A DNA stretch of 64,000 nt from contig CM000150.2 in the NCBI GenBank assembly GCA_000004695.1, positions 4,704,001-4,768,000 on the forward strand. The letters are read 5' to 3'. Below the pieces are notes generated by a model. It had not been told where the DNA came from, made no database searches, and worked only from the letters and a program-made list of their open reading frames with translations. Positions 1 through 10,773 of the stretch are shown piece after piece; positions within the stretch are counted from its first letter, which is position 1, and each line of letters opens with the position of its first letter. The DNA comes from Dictyostelium discoideum (taxonomy: Eukaryota). Made by a program: the position numbers and the translations under genes.

Positions 1-504
1 AAGTTTTTCAGATCTTTTGCTTTTTTGATGTATTCTAGAGTGGCCAATTTGTGCCATTTCTTTAGAAGGGAGCTGTATGATAGTGATTCATCTGTTAAAG
101 GATCTTCACTGTATATTTGATTGCAAATCCAAATCCAAATGTTGTGGAGGATAAGGGCCATTAGGTTTCTATATGCGAATGATCTGGTTAGATCATATTC
201 TATTGCTTTATAGTTCCATTCAAAGTATTCTTTGTGGAATCTGTCGTTGGCGTAATCTGCATTCACTTCTTGATCTTTTTTGGCTGTCGGTGATAATTTT
301 GGAGTTATTCTATTAATGAAATTGTTATTTTGCCTAATTCTTGTATGGTGCCAGTTTTTACCTTTGCCTGTGGTAATATAGATGAAATTTTTGAGTTTAT
401 TTATTTTTATGAATTGTTTTGTTTTCTTGCATGAGAAGAACAGGTGACCGTATGGGTCTTTGCTCATATCTTCTTTGCAGAGTGGGCATTGTTTGTTGTG
501 AAGG
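1..504 (-). CDS. Retrotransposon ORF2 C-terminal Cys-His zinc-knuckle segment. It is out of frame with the RT part and truncated by the window edge.
   Basis: My own translation of the minus strand from 504 down to 1 reads through with no stop. It contains LHNKQCPLCKEDMSKDPYGHLFFSCKK (C-x2-C-x10-H-x5-C). A third frame is used at 730..936, so the copy carries frameshifts. Confidence 0.55.
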
Positions 505-1052
505 TAGTTTATTGGAAGGCATCTGGCATGGAATCTAAACATTGTGTCTCTTGTTTTAGGGTCTTTTATCTTCAGTATGTTGTTGAAGAGTTGATTATAG
601 CTGTAGCCTCTTAAGTTTAGAGATGATTGGAATTCCGTTTTAGGGATGGTTGGATTTTGGTCTTGAATTGTGGTATACCATTCTGCCAGTGAAAGTGGTC
701 GTCCATTTTCGTTTTTTATGGATGTGAGATTATTGTTGAAGATTGCTTTTTTTATTCTTATTTTGTTCCATTCGTCTAAGTTTTCTTTTAGGTATCTGGA
801 TGTGAATTTGTTTTTTTGAATCTGATATTCCCAGCTTTTGTGATGAGATGAGTTTGTTTGTTTGGTTTCTAGTGCTAGGATGAACTGGTTTATGATCCAA
901 AGTTTCTGCGCCAGTTGTCTCAATTCTATATTCCAAATGTTCCAGCCCCCTACTTTTAGTGGGTATCTTGCTCTTTTGGTTCTCATTAAATTAATAACTT
1001 GAAATCCACTAGCATTTTTGTTGTTTGGTGCCGATAAAAACCATTCGACTAA

Positions 1053-3458
1053 TTAATTGATTTGGTTTAATTCCTCTTCCTTAAAGTTCTCTACATATGA
1101 ATAGTAGGTTAATTTAGAGAGTGCGAATGCTTTGAGGATGTTGGTTTTGGTTTTGATTGTTGAGTCAGTGGTTTTCCATAGTACTAAGGATGATCTTATT
1201 GTGTTTAATATTTCTGGCATTTTTCTTGTTATCCCTTTACCTGTGAAGAAGTATCCCAAGTATCTTTCTGGATTTGTAGATATTGGAATTCTTTGGTTGG
1301 TATTGTCTGGGTTGCCTATAAGAATTGATGAAGATTTGTCCATGTTAAGTTTTGAGGAAGTGGCTTTGCAAAATGAATTGAAGTGTTGTAGTACTAATTC
1401 AAGTTGTTGAGAGTCTGGGACCATTGAAGCCGAGTCGTCTGCAAAGCTTTGGAATTTCTCTCTGTGGTTGCTGTTGTTTAGAGGAAGGCCAGTAATTCGG
1501 TCATCTTGTAAAATTTTTCTAGCTAAAGCCTCTATTACAAGGACGAACAGGGTGGGTGATAGTGGATCTCCTTGTTTAACTCCTCTTTTGATCTCAAAGG
1601 GTATAGTAGTTCTACCATTAATTTCAATTCTTGCTTCAGATTTGGTGAGTAGATTCATTATCAGGTTGATTATATTGGTTGGAATGTTGATGTGTTGTAG
1701 TGATCTAAGTATTGAACCGTGTGAGATCGAGTCAAAAGCTTTTTCGAAATCATATAGTGTAATTATTCCGTTAATTCTTTTATCATTACAATAGTTGATT
1801 AATTCGTTCATTGATATGATATTATCTAGAATGAATCTGCCTGGTACGAAACCTTTTTGATTGTGGTTGATCACTTTCGTTAGTATTGGGATTATTCTAT
1901 TGTTTATTAGCTTTGAGTGGATTTTATATATACAGTTAGCCAGTGTAATTGGTCTTCTGTTTTTGATTAGTTCGGGGTCTCCCTTTTTAGGTATCGTGAT
2001 AATGAGGCCTTCTTTGTAATTTTTGCTAATTAGATGAGGATTTCTTAGAGTGTCGTTGAATGCTGAGGCCAGTATTGGAGCTAGTTTTTCTTTGTGTGTT
2101 ATGTAGAATAAGTTTGGAATTCCATCTGGACCTGGAGATTTGTGTGGGTTCAGTTGTTTTATTACTTCTAGGATCTCTTGTGAGGTGAATTCATTTTCAA
2201 GGTTGTCCCATGTTGAGTCCCTGGTCACTGTCCAATTTTCCAACATTTCGTAATGAGATGGTGGGTCATCTTCTTTGTAGTCATAAAGATTTGAGTAATA
2301 TTTTACGTATTCTTCTTCGATCAATTCCTGTTTGTTGATTGTTCTACCTTGTGCATCTTTTACTGCGTTGATGGTGAAATCATTGTGTCTTTTCTTGATT
2401 CTCGCGGAGATGTACTTGAGTGAGGTTTCTTCGCAATAGTTGTTCAATTCTTGTTTAAGTTGTTCTTCTCTTTTTTTAGATTCATTTATTGCTGAAAGGG
2501 TTGCGAAGGCTTGGTCTTTAAATTCTGTCTCTAGTAGGGAGATTAGATTTTTGATGTTTGCCTTATTGTTGTAGTCGTTTTGTTTTTGAAATTCGGTGTA
2601 TAGTTGTTTTATTTTGTTCAGTAAGCTGTTGAGTTGAGAGAAGGAAATAGAGTTATGGTTGGCTGACAGCTCCCTTGAATAATCGTTAAGTAGGAAGTCT
2701 ATTTTCTTAAGCATTATGCTTGAGAGGATTGAGGATTTTTTTAATCTCCATCTGCGCTTGTTCATCTGTATGTTGGGTAGAGTGAAAGTGGTTGATAGGA
2801 AGTTGTGATCTGATAGAGGTATGTCGTTAATTTTTGGGGGGATTAGGTTCCTTAGGTATAATTGGCTGTAGTTGATTAAGCTATTGTTAAGGTATATTCT
2901 GTCTAGTCTCCTTTCCAAGATTCTTGTGAGGTTATTGTTTGTGTTGTGTATCGTTCTTGAGAAGGTGGGTCTTTTATTTAGTTGGTCCATATCCATTAGG
3001 TTATTTGAAATTCTGATGGCTTCGATTACTGTGGCCATCTCATCTGGGGATTGTGTTGTCAAGTTGCCTTGGTCATCATTTGATGTGTGATTGTCATTGA
3101 AGTCTAAACAGTTGAAGTCTCCTGCTATGATGTCGATGTTTTTATTAGGGTTAGACGTTAGGTTGTGGTATTGGTTGTTGAAGTGTTTGTTTAGTGTTGA
3201 AGCTAGTGTTTTTCTTTTATCAGGTTGGGCCGGGGTGTATATGGCCAAGATTCTCGTTGTGGTATCTTTTATTAGAATGTCTGATATTATTAGTCTACCT
3301 TCTATTATGAATATTGGTGAGAGTTTTATGTTTTGGTTGTTGTGGTTTAGTATTCCTATTCCGTTGCCTCTGTTGGTTGCACTAATGATGGAGCCAGGAA
3401 ATAGCTGGTGTGCTTGTGTTGCGTCAGCATTGAGTTCATTGACTATGGTTAGTGCCAA
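1053..3458 (-). CDS. Retrotransposon ORF2 (apurinic-like endonuclease plus reverse transcriptase)
   Basis: An 801-aa ORF. It has an N-terminal APE-like region (IIAGDFN, LSDHNF) and central RT motifs (PKKGDPELIKNRRPITL, YDFEKAFDSISH, FADDSASMV). Confidence 0.85.
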   Translation of the reverse strand: MALTIVNELNADATQAHQLFPGSIISATNRGNGIGILNHNNQNIKLSPIFIIEGRLIISDILIKDTTTRILAIYTPAQPDKRKTLASTLNKHFNNQYHNLTSNPNKNIDIIAGDFNCLDFNDNHTSNDDQGNLTTQSPDEMATVIEAIRISNNLMDMDQLNKRPTFSRTIHNTNNNLTRILERRLDRIYLNNSLINYSQLYLRNLIPPKINDIPLSDHNFLSTTFTLPNIQMNKRRWRLKKSSILSSIMLKKIDFLLNDYSRELSANHNSISFSQLNSLLNKIKQLYTEFQKQNDYNNKANIKNLISLLETEFKDQAFATLSAINESKKREEQLKQELNNYCEETSLKYISARIKKRHNDFTINAVKDAQGRTINKQELIEEEYVKYYSNLYDYKEDDPPSHYEMLENWTVTRDSTWDNLENEFTSQEILEVIKQLNPHKSPGPDGIPNLFYITHKEKLAPILASAFNDTLRNPHLISKNYKEGLIITIPKKGDPELIKNRRPITLANCIYKIHSKLINNRIIPILTKVINHNQKGFVPGRFILDNIISMNELINYCNDKRINGIITLYDFEKAFDSISHGSILRSLQHINIPTNIINLIMNLLTKSEARIEINGRTTIPFEIKRGVKQGDPLSPTLFVLVIEALARKILQDDRITGLPLNNSNHREKFQSFADDSASMVPDSQQLELVLQHFNSFCKATSSKLNMDKSSSILIGNPDNTNQRIPISTNPERYLGYFFTGKGITRKMPEILNTIRSSLVLWKTTDSTIKTKTNILKAFALSKLTYYSYVENFKEEELNQIN

Positions 3459-3907
3459 TGAGTTTGGGGGGGATTGGGATTTGATAAAGTCTGTTTTGTT
3501 TTTGAAGGAGGTGTCAGTGCCCCAACCTCTGACATTCCATTGGTTGATTTTGATTACTACTATTATGAGATGATATCGATCTCCTCTTGGGAGTCGTATA
3601 GCTGCGGTTTGGATGGTGAAGGGTAGATACTCTCTATGAAGCTCTCAATGATTCCTTTACTTTCTTTTTTGACAGGTGTCTTAGGGGTGGATGGGATGTA
3701 AGGGTTGCTTCTGTTTATTGTTGGTGAGAGTTGGGTGACTTCATTGTTTGAGTGGATTTCCTCGTTCTTGCGTTTATGTGATGGAGGGATGTTTAGTGTC
3801 TTCTCTCTGTTTTCCGAGGATGAATGGATGTTATTGCTCGTTTTGTTGGCATTGTCTTTTTGGATGGCGTTGGATGTTGTGGTAGTGGTTGTGGTGGGTT
3901 TAACAGA

Positions 3908-4813
3908 TTAAGATTCTGCTGGGTTTTTGGGGGGAAGAGGTTGAGATGACTTTTTTGCTTGGGCTTTTTTCTCTTGTGTTGATTGTTTTTCAGACTGATT
4001 GTTTGCTGGGTTGTTTGTTTGTTGTTGTGGTTTTGGTTGAGAGGATTTGATTGCTATCCTGTTTTGGGTGTTAGGAGGATCTGTCATCTCATCTTCTAAT
4101 GGTTCCTCCGTGTTGTTTGTCTCTACTTTCTTGTTTTTCTTTTGTGAGGAGTAGGTTTTGGTGGCCGTTCTGATGGTAAAGTTTGCGATTTCTGTAATGT
4201 GTTGGCCAGATTTCATTTGATCGCCTATTTTGCATTCTATTAGACCGAATACTATGAGGTGGTCGGTGGAGTATATAGTATTGTATATTGCATAGGGTAT
4301 TTCTTCTGCAAAGGCAGTTTTGATGAGGGCGTCCACTATTCCTGCCTTTTCTCTGGGAATTCTTACTCTTCCTGTGAGGACGTGGAAGTCTCTACTGGAG
4401 GTGATGAAGGTTCCCAATTTGCTTCTATCTCTAATGATATTTAGGAGAGATTGTTCGTTTTTAATCATCAGGTGGATCATTTTTCTAGTTCCTTTGCCTA
4501 TGTATATCTTGTCGAATGGGATATCGTAGTTTGAGAGTGTTTTTCTCATTTCTTCTAACCCCTTGAGATCCATTTTGGGGAATTCGAGTGTAATTGGGTA
4601 GAATCCGTTGTTCTTCTCATAGGTTGAGAGCGCAGTCATGTTCAATATGGTCTCGCAGTATTTGGAGATGTCTTTGAGGCCTATTGATAGTTTGGGGTAG
4701 GTCTCCTTTATCTCTGCTGTTTTTGTGGAGAATTCCTTAATGAAGTTCTCCGATGCCTCGTCCATATGGGTGGAGGGGTTGGCCATTTTAGCCGCGTCTG
4801 CGTAGGAATTCAT
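3908..4813 (-). CDS. Retrotransposon ORF1 protein
   Basis: A 301-aa ORF lies immediately 5' of the APE/RT ORF on the same strand. Its tail is basic and Q/N-rich, typical of non-LTR ORF1. The six-frame track supports it. Confidence 0.55.
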   Translation of the reverse strand: MNSYADAAKMANPSTHMDEASENFIKEFSTKTAEIKETYPKLSIGLKDISKYCETILNMTALSTYEKNNGFYPITLEFPKMDLKGLEEMRKTLSNYDIPFDKIYIGKGTRKMIHLMIKNEQSLLNIIRDRSKLGTFITSSRDFHVLTGRVRIPREKAGIVDALIKTAFAEEIPYAIYNTIYSTDHLIVFGLIECKIGDQMKSGQHITEIANFTIRTATKTYSSQKKNKKVETNNTEEPLEDEMTDPPNTQNRIAIKSSQPKPQQQTNNPANNQSEKQSTQEKKAQAKKSSQPLPPKNPAES

Positions 4814-5017
4814 CTCGATGGGATTCCTTTGAATCGGCGATTTGGTATGTTAGATCTGTAGATCGTGGGATTGGTGATTTTTTTTGAAAAATTGGTTAAA
4901 ATTGACCGAGATTAAAGATAGAAAAGGATGAATTACTTTTCACGTGTATCTTGTATCCTCTTGATCGCGGTACGGTTTTTTTTTACATGGATTTCTTAAT
5001 ATTTTTAAACCATTAAA

Positions 5018-5028
5018 GGTTTCGAACC
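5018..5028 (-). promoter_or_regulatory. ex-B box (extra B-box) downstream of the tRNA gene
   Basis: GGTTCGAAACC lies on the tRNA strand about 25-35 bp past the tRNA 3' end. Dictyostelium tRNA genes commonly carry such an external B box. Confidence 0.5.
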
Positions 5029-5051
5029 TGCGATCCTTCTTTTCATTTAAA

Positions 5052-5123
5052 AGGCTCCAATGAGGATCGAACTCATGACCTCTTCCTTACTAGGGAAGCG
5101 CAATACCACTATGCTATGGAGCC
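5052..5123 (-). tRNA. tRNA-Thr (anticodon AGU)
   Basis: The reverse complement is GGCTCCATAGCATAGTGGTATTGCGCTTCCCTAGTAAGGAAGAGGTCATGAGTTCGATCCTCATTGGAGCC. It has a 7-bp acceptor stem, a 5-bp anticodon stem, loop CT-AGT-AA, a TTCGATC T-loop, and A and B boxes. No intron. Confidence 0.85.
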
Positions 5124-5163
5124 ATTTCTGAAATTATAATATTTAATGAAAGATCCAGTCCGT

Positions 5164-5167
<4 letters not shown>

Positions 5168-5208
<41 letters not shown>

Positions 5209-5375
5209 CATTAAGTATCAAATCAAAGCAACGGCCAGAAGAACAAAATAAATTAGACTCACTAATCTCGCTAAAGCTATTACAATTTAGCAGACAATGG
5301 AACTCACCTCTTCACGCAATAGAACTTCCTAAACATCTCAAAAAATACAATAATTCACTCAGTACTTTCTATAAA
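5168..5375 (-). mobile_element. Possible 3' remnant (oligo-A tail plus about 170 bp) of a TRE5-type retroelement upstream of the tRNA
   Basis: On the tRNA (minus) strand an oligo(A) run of about 37 nt ends 44 bp upstream of the tRNA 5' end. Behind it is a segment of non-extreme base composition. This matches the roughly 48 bp upstream, orientation-specific TRE5 geometry. I cannot verify the sequence identity without a reference. Confidence 0.25.
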
Positions 5376-5378
5376 TAA

Positions 5379-5429
<51 letters not shown>

Positions 5430-5739
5430 AAAAAAAAAAAAAACTGTGGGACCCCAGTTTATTCAGAAATTTTCCGAATTTTAATCTTTTTAAGAAAAAT
5501 TTTAAAAATTTGAAGAAAATTAAATGGAAATTCACAACAACACCACAATTTTTAAGCAACACAAATGCCTACAAAAAATAAGCGAAATTGTGGATAAAAC
5601 TCAATTAAAAAAAAAACAATTCAAATACGTCATAAACATCAATCACGAACCAGACGATAAAATAAAAAAAGATTTAGAAAAAAGTTTGGACAAAAAAGAT
5701 GTTTTAATCAAAAGTAATAATACAATTCAAAATTCGAAA

Positions 5740-5789
<50 letters not shown>

Positions 5790-6294
5790 TAAACCAACCC
5801 CTCTTTTAGAGACCCTGTAAAAAAAAAAAAAAAATAAAATAAAATGAGATCTAACATCTCAAGGAGAAGCAAATAATAATTGCGTTATCCAATTCAAAAA
5901 AAAAAAAAGTCCGTAATTTTTTATTAAAGACTTTTCTTGGATAATGCAATTTAAAAAATTACGGACTTTTTTTTTATTATTTTTTTATTATTTTTTTTAT
6001 TTAAATAAAAGATAAAGTCCATTATAATTGTATTAACATTTTTAATTAAAATAAATAAAAACCTCTGATGTATATAAAATAAAATTATAAAATAAAATGA
6101 AAAAAAAAGATAAAAAAATGAATATTTAGATAAATAAAAAAATTGTAAAAAAAAAATAGGAATGAAAATTTGTTTAGATAAAGTAAATTTGGTTAAATAA
6201 AAGCTAGCTAGAAGGTTGAATAAAGTTTTTTTTTTTTATTTTAAAGTATAGGAAATTTTACACGTAAAAAAAGGACATACAATCCTGTATTTTA

Positions 6295-6456
6295 TTAACT
6301 TTCATTTTCGCTTTCATTTTCGCTTTCATTATCGCTTTCATTTTTTTGATTTCCATCAATTTCACTATTACTATTTTTTTTTTTATTATTATTATCTTTT
6401 TCTCTTTCTTGATTACTATTGCTATTATCATTATCATTATCACCATCATTATCGTT

Positions 6457-6503
<47 letters not shown>

Positions 6504-7059
6504 TATTATTTTTATTATTTTTATTTTTATTTGAAAAAGCACCAGCACAACCTTTACAACCACAACTGGAACATTCTAAAATTGTTCCTTTAGTCAAATC
6601 CTTTTTAGGCACTCTACAAATACAGATATGGCTTAAATCTTGAATACATTTAAGACAACAAAGTCTTTCATATCCAGGTTTTTTCCATTTTGCAATTAAA
6701 TTCTTATCTGCATAACCTTCTGTCAAACAAAATTCATATAATTCTCTTGAGATTTCTTTGTTTTTATAAAATTTTTCATATACATATCTTGATCTTTGAT
6801 GATGAATTCTAAATATTGGCCAATTTACTTCATTTTTACGTTTACCTTCGTATGGGCTTGCTTCGACTGTATAAAAAAAAAAATGAAAAATAAAATAATA
6901 AAAATTAATATATGTGTTAATAAATCAAATTAAAAAAGGAATTGTATAATAAAGTAGTTAATTACCTTCTCTCATTTTTATATCAAATTCATCCAATGTC
7001 GGTGATATAATATCCCATCCTCTAGGATATTTCTTTTTGGATGTTTTTATTTTTGGCAT
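6295..7059 (-). CDS. bud31: BUD31/G10 pre-mRNA splicing factor homolog (2 exons, intron 6870..6965)
   Basis: Exon 1 (7059..6966) reads [31 protein letters not shown], then a GTAAT donor. Exon 2 reads ...[70 protein letters not shown]...CICRVPK...CSSCGCKGC. It is collinear with human BUD31. A long D/N-rich C-terminal tail follows. Confidence 0.85.
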
Positions 7060-8272
7060 TACTTTATGCTGAGAAATATTTAATTACCAAAATAAAAAAT
7101 AAAAAAAAATAAAAAAAATTTCGAAATTTTTAGGGGTTTTTTTTTTTTTTTTTTTTTTTTTATTTGTTTTTTTTTTATTTTTCACCAAAAAGATTAAGAA
7201 ATCCAACAAAAAAGATTTAGAAATTGCACAATTAAATAAAAAATGTAAAACATTTATGGTAAAGATTCAAAAAAAATAAAATAAAATAAAAAATAAAAAT
7301 ATTTGTTTTTCTCAACACTTATTTTTGGTTTCAATTTCCAAAATAAAAAATTTATAAGTTTTATTATGGTATATATATAGAAAATCAAACTAATTTTTTT
7401 TTTTTTTTTCACATAATTTCTATTCATGACATTTTATATCTATTTTACTTATTTGAGCATCCAGATGAGGTAAGTCATTTAAATATATCCAACAAAATAA
7501 TAACAATTAGTAATCAAAAAATAAAAGTAAAACTCTTTTGGTAAAAAAAAAAAAAAAAAAAAAAAAAAATTATTATAACAATAAAAAAAAAATATTATAA
7601 TAAAAAATATTTAATATAACCAATTACTATTATCAAATTATTTTTTTTTTATTTTTTTTTTTTATTAACTCCCAATTTAATTATACAAATAATTTGTTAT
7701 TTTTACTTTTTTTTTTTTTTTTAATTTTTTTTTATTTCTTTTTTTTAAAATTTTTAGTTGTTGCTATAATAAATTTTTATTATTATAACGAAATTTTACC
7801 TGTTTAAAATCAGATTACTGCCCCACACTCCCACATTTTATTTTTTTTTTTAATTTTTTTTAATTTTTTTAATTTTTTTTTAATTTTTTTTTTTACACCC
7901 AACTGGTGAGATATTTATTTTTAATTTTGTAGGCTGGTGTCAAAAAAAAAAAAAAATAAAAAAAAAACAAAAAAAAACAAAAAATTTAAAATAGTATGAC
8001 ATTAACTTATTTTCAGACTGGTATATGATTTTTTTTTTGTTTTTTTTTTTGTTTTTTATTTTTAAAAAATATTGTATAGAAAAAAAAAAAAAAAAAAACT
8101 TTTCAAAGCGATCAAAAAAAAAAATATAAATTAATATTTTTTTTTTTTTTATTTTTTTATTTTTTCTAAACCATCAACCACTGTCAAATAAAATTAATTA
8201 ATTAATTAATATAAATAAATATCTAATTTTTTTTTTTTTTTTTCAAAAAATATCTAAATACAATATAATAAA

Positions 8273-9103
8273 ATGAGCTCACAAAATACACCATCAGCTA
8301 CATCACCAACTATTGAACCACAAAATACTAATAATAATAATAATGAATCACAAACCACTCAAGTAGCAGCACCAGCAAATACATGCGTACCAAATTGTAA
8401 TAGTTGTACATCACCAAGTGTTACCAATTCCATTGAGATTGAACAATTGATTGCAAATAATCATGCATGGTCAACTAGAATTAAACAAGAGGATCCAGGA
8501 TTCTTTGCTCATTTAGCTCAAGCACAAAAACCACGTTTCCTTTGGATTGGTTGCTCAGATTCTCGTGTACCAGCTGAACGTTTAACCGGTTTAGAAAGTG
8601 GTCAAATCTTTGTACATCGTAATGTTGCCAATTTAGTGATTCACACCGACTTGAATTGTTTATCAGTACTCCAATATGCCGTTGAAGTTTTACAAGTTGA
8701 ACATATCATCGTTTGTGGTCACTATGGTTGTGGTGGTGTTGCAGCATCTTATGACAATCCAGAGTTGGGTCTTATCAATAATTGGTTACTCCATATTAGA
8801 GATCTCACTTTCAAACATGCCGAATTAATCGAAATGACTAAATCAAATAGAAAACGTTTATTATCTACCCTTTGTGAATTAAATGTCGTCGAACAATGTA
8901 ACAATTTGGGTAACACAACCATTATGCAATCTGCTTGGAAAAAAGGTCAAAATGTTAAAATCCATGGTTGGATCTATGGTATCCATGATGGTTATCTCCG
9001 TGATTTAGGTGTTTCCGCTTCATCTCGTGAAACTTTAGAATTAAATTATAAAAATGCTATTCTTAAATTAAAAGATAATTGTTCATTAGGTGATAGTAAT
9101 TAA
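8273..9103 (+). CDS. Beta-class carbonic anhydrase
   Basis: Contains the CSDSRVP and HYGCGGV zinc-ligand motifs of beta-CAs. A single 276-aa exon with an N-terminal low-complexity region. Confidence 0.9.
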   Translation: MSSQNTPSATSPTIEPQNTNNNNNESQTTQVAAPANTCVPNCNSCTSPSVTNSIEIEQLIANNHAWSTRIKQEDPGFFAHLAQAQKPRFLWIGCSDSRVPAERLTGLESGQIFVHRNVANLVIHTDLNCLSVLQYAVEVLQVEHIIVCGHYGCGGVAASYDNPELGLINNWLLHIRDLTFKHAELIEMTKSNRKRLLSTLCELNVVEQCNNLGNTTIMQSAWKKGQNVKIHGWIYGIHDGYLRDLGVSASSRETLELNYKNAILKLKDNCSLGDSN

Positions 9104-9591
9104 AAAATATATATATACTTGATAATAAATTTAAAAAAATATAAAAAAAAAAAGAAATAATGTAAAAAATAATTCACAAAAAAAAACAAAAAAAAAAAAG
9201 TAATAAAAAAAAGTAATAAAAAAAAAAAAAGAATTAAAAAAAAAAGAATTAAAAAAAAAAAGTTTGGAAAAACGAATTAATTATGTGTCGTGTATCGTTT
9301 TTTCATGGAATTTTTCAAATATTTTCACAAATATTTATTTTTAATTTTTATTTTTTTATTTTTTTTTGTTTTTTTTTTTTTTTTTATTTTTTTTTTAAAT
9401 TAAATTTTAAATTTTTTAATTTCATTTTTTTTTTTTAAATTAAAACACACACATACAATAAATTTTTTAGTTTTGGAATAATATAAAAAAGAAAAAAAAA
9501 AAAACAAACATATAATATAATAATAAAATAATATAGAAAACTTCCATAAAAATAATAAATTAAAACTTTGATTAATAAAAAAAAAAAAAAA

Positions 9592-10219
9592 ATGCAAGTA
9601 GATAGAGATTTAGATAAAGTTGGTGTTCATTGTGCCATAAAAGATTGTAATTTATTAGGTATGTGTTAATGAAATATTAAAAAAAAATAAAAAAATGGGA
9701 ATGAAAATATGAAAATGAAAATAAAATAGAGATATAATATAATAATATATTAATAAATCAAAAATTAATTTTTTTTTTTTTTTTTTAGATTTTTTACCAT
9801 TTATATGCCAAGGTTGTCAAGGTCAATTTTGTTTAGAACATAAAGAAGAAAAAGAACATAAATGTCCGACTCCAATTGTAAAGATTGGTGGAACCACAGT
9901 TACATGTGATAAATGTGAGAGTATATTACCAGTACCAGTAAATTGTTTTGAAAAGGATATATTATCAATGCACCTAAGAAAAGGTTGCCCTAAAAAGACA
10001 ACAGTAAATCAACATAAATGTTCATTTTGTCCAAAGATGGAATCAATTAAAATAGTTTGCCCAAATTGTAAAAATAATTTTTGTATAAAACATAGATTTG
10101 AACGTGACCATAAATGTAAACCTAGAGTTAATCCTCCCCTTCAACAAACTATTTCACCACATTTACAAAATTTATTATCTCAACTTAGAAATTCAAAACC
10201 TGTCAAAACAAATAGTTAA
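9592..10219 (+). CDS. AN1-type zinc finger protein with two zf-AN1 domains (2 exons, intron 9659..9788)
   Basis: Exon 1 (9592..9658) plus exon 2 give [35 protein letters not shown] and [33 protein letters not shown]. Both fit the AN1 C-x2-C...C-x2-C...H...H-x-C spacing. A GTATGT donor and a T-rich AG acceptor keep the frame. Confidence 0.75.
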
Positions 10220-10773
10220 ATATAAATAATAATAATAATAATAATAATGATATGATCAATCCTTATGAATTCATATAAAAACTGTACAAATAAATTCTCA
10301 TAAATAAACATATGACATGCGCCACAATTTTTTCTTTTTTAAATTATAATTTTTTTCTTTTAATTATTAATTATTTATAAATTCTTTATTTATTTATTTC
10401 TATTTTTCGTTTCCAATTATATTATTTTCATTTTATTATTATTATTTTTTAATTTTAAATCATATTTAAAATAACTTTTTTTAAACAACTATTAATAAAT
10501 AAAACTAAATATAAATTATCCAAAAAAAAAAAAAAAAAAAAGAAAATATATTAAACTTAATTAAGTAAATAAATTAAAAAGAGTATTATTAAAATTTTTT
10601 ATTAATTTTTATTTAGAAATGTAAATGTGTGTAATTTGTTTAAATGATTATTTATTAAAATAATAAAGTGGGTATAAATTTTTTTTTTTTTTTTTTTTTT
10701 TATATTTCATAAACCAAATATTTAATTTAAATTAAAATATTATTAAAGAAATAGAAAAATAATATATATAAAA

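Larger units (their letters stand above)
1..4990 (-). mobile_element. TRE3-like tRNA-gene-targeted non-LTR (LINE-type) retrotransposon. It is 5'-proximal to the tRNA, its ORF2 is frameshifted, and it extends beyond the window start.
   Basis: On the minus strand the order is ORF1 (3908..4813), then ORF2 with an APE endonuclease part (GDFN, SDH motifs) and an RT part (FADD motif) at 1053..3458. A C-terminal Cys-His finger (CPLCKEDMSKDPYGHLFFSC) follows at 1..504 in a different frame. The element sits 60-130 bp downstream of a tRNA gene and its ex-B box. That geometry is known for Dictyostelium TRE3 elements. Confidence 0.7.

Noticed and set aside
5018-5038. tRNA-like fragment ggtttcgaacctgcgatcc next to the tRNA-Thr gene. 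Considered as a second (truncated) tRNA.
   Set aside because: Only a T-arm/B-box-like string (GGTTCGAAACC) is present, with no acceptor or anticodon arms. Its position fits the well-known downstream ex-B box of Dictyostelium tRNA genes better.
5359-5820. ORFs 5359..5562 (-) and 5524..5820 (+), which are poly-F or poly-K rich
   Set aside because: They are generated by long A/T homopolymers (K=AAA, F=TTT). They have no splice signals or conserved content. The 98-aa plus-strand ORF is Lys-rich low complexity.
6258-6643. ORFs 6258..6563 (-), 6346..6534 (+) and 6419..6643 (+) overlapping the BUD31 3' end
   Set aside because: They are alternate-frame readings of the GAT/AAT repeats encoding the BUD31 acidic tail (poly-M, poly-I or poly-S products).
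7455-7475. ATGAG|GTAAGT string considered as a micro first exon (possibly for the carbonic anhydrase gene)
   Set aside because: No in-frame acceptor or exon continuation precedes the CA ATG at 8273. An intron of about 800 bp would be atypically long, and the CA ORF is complete on its own.
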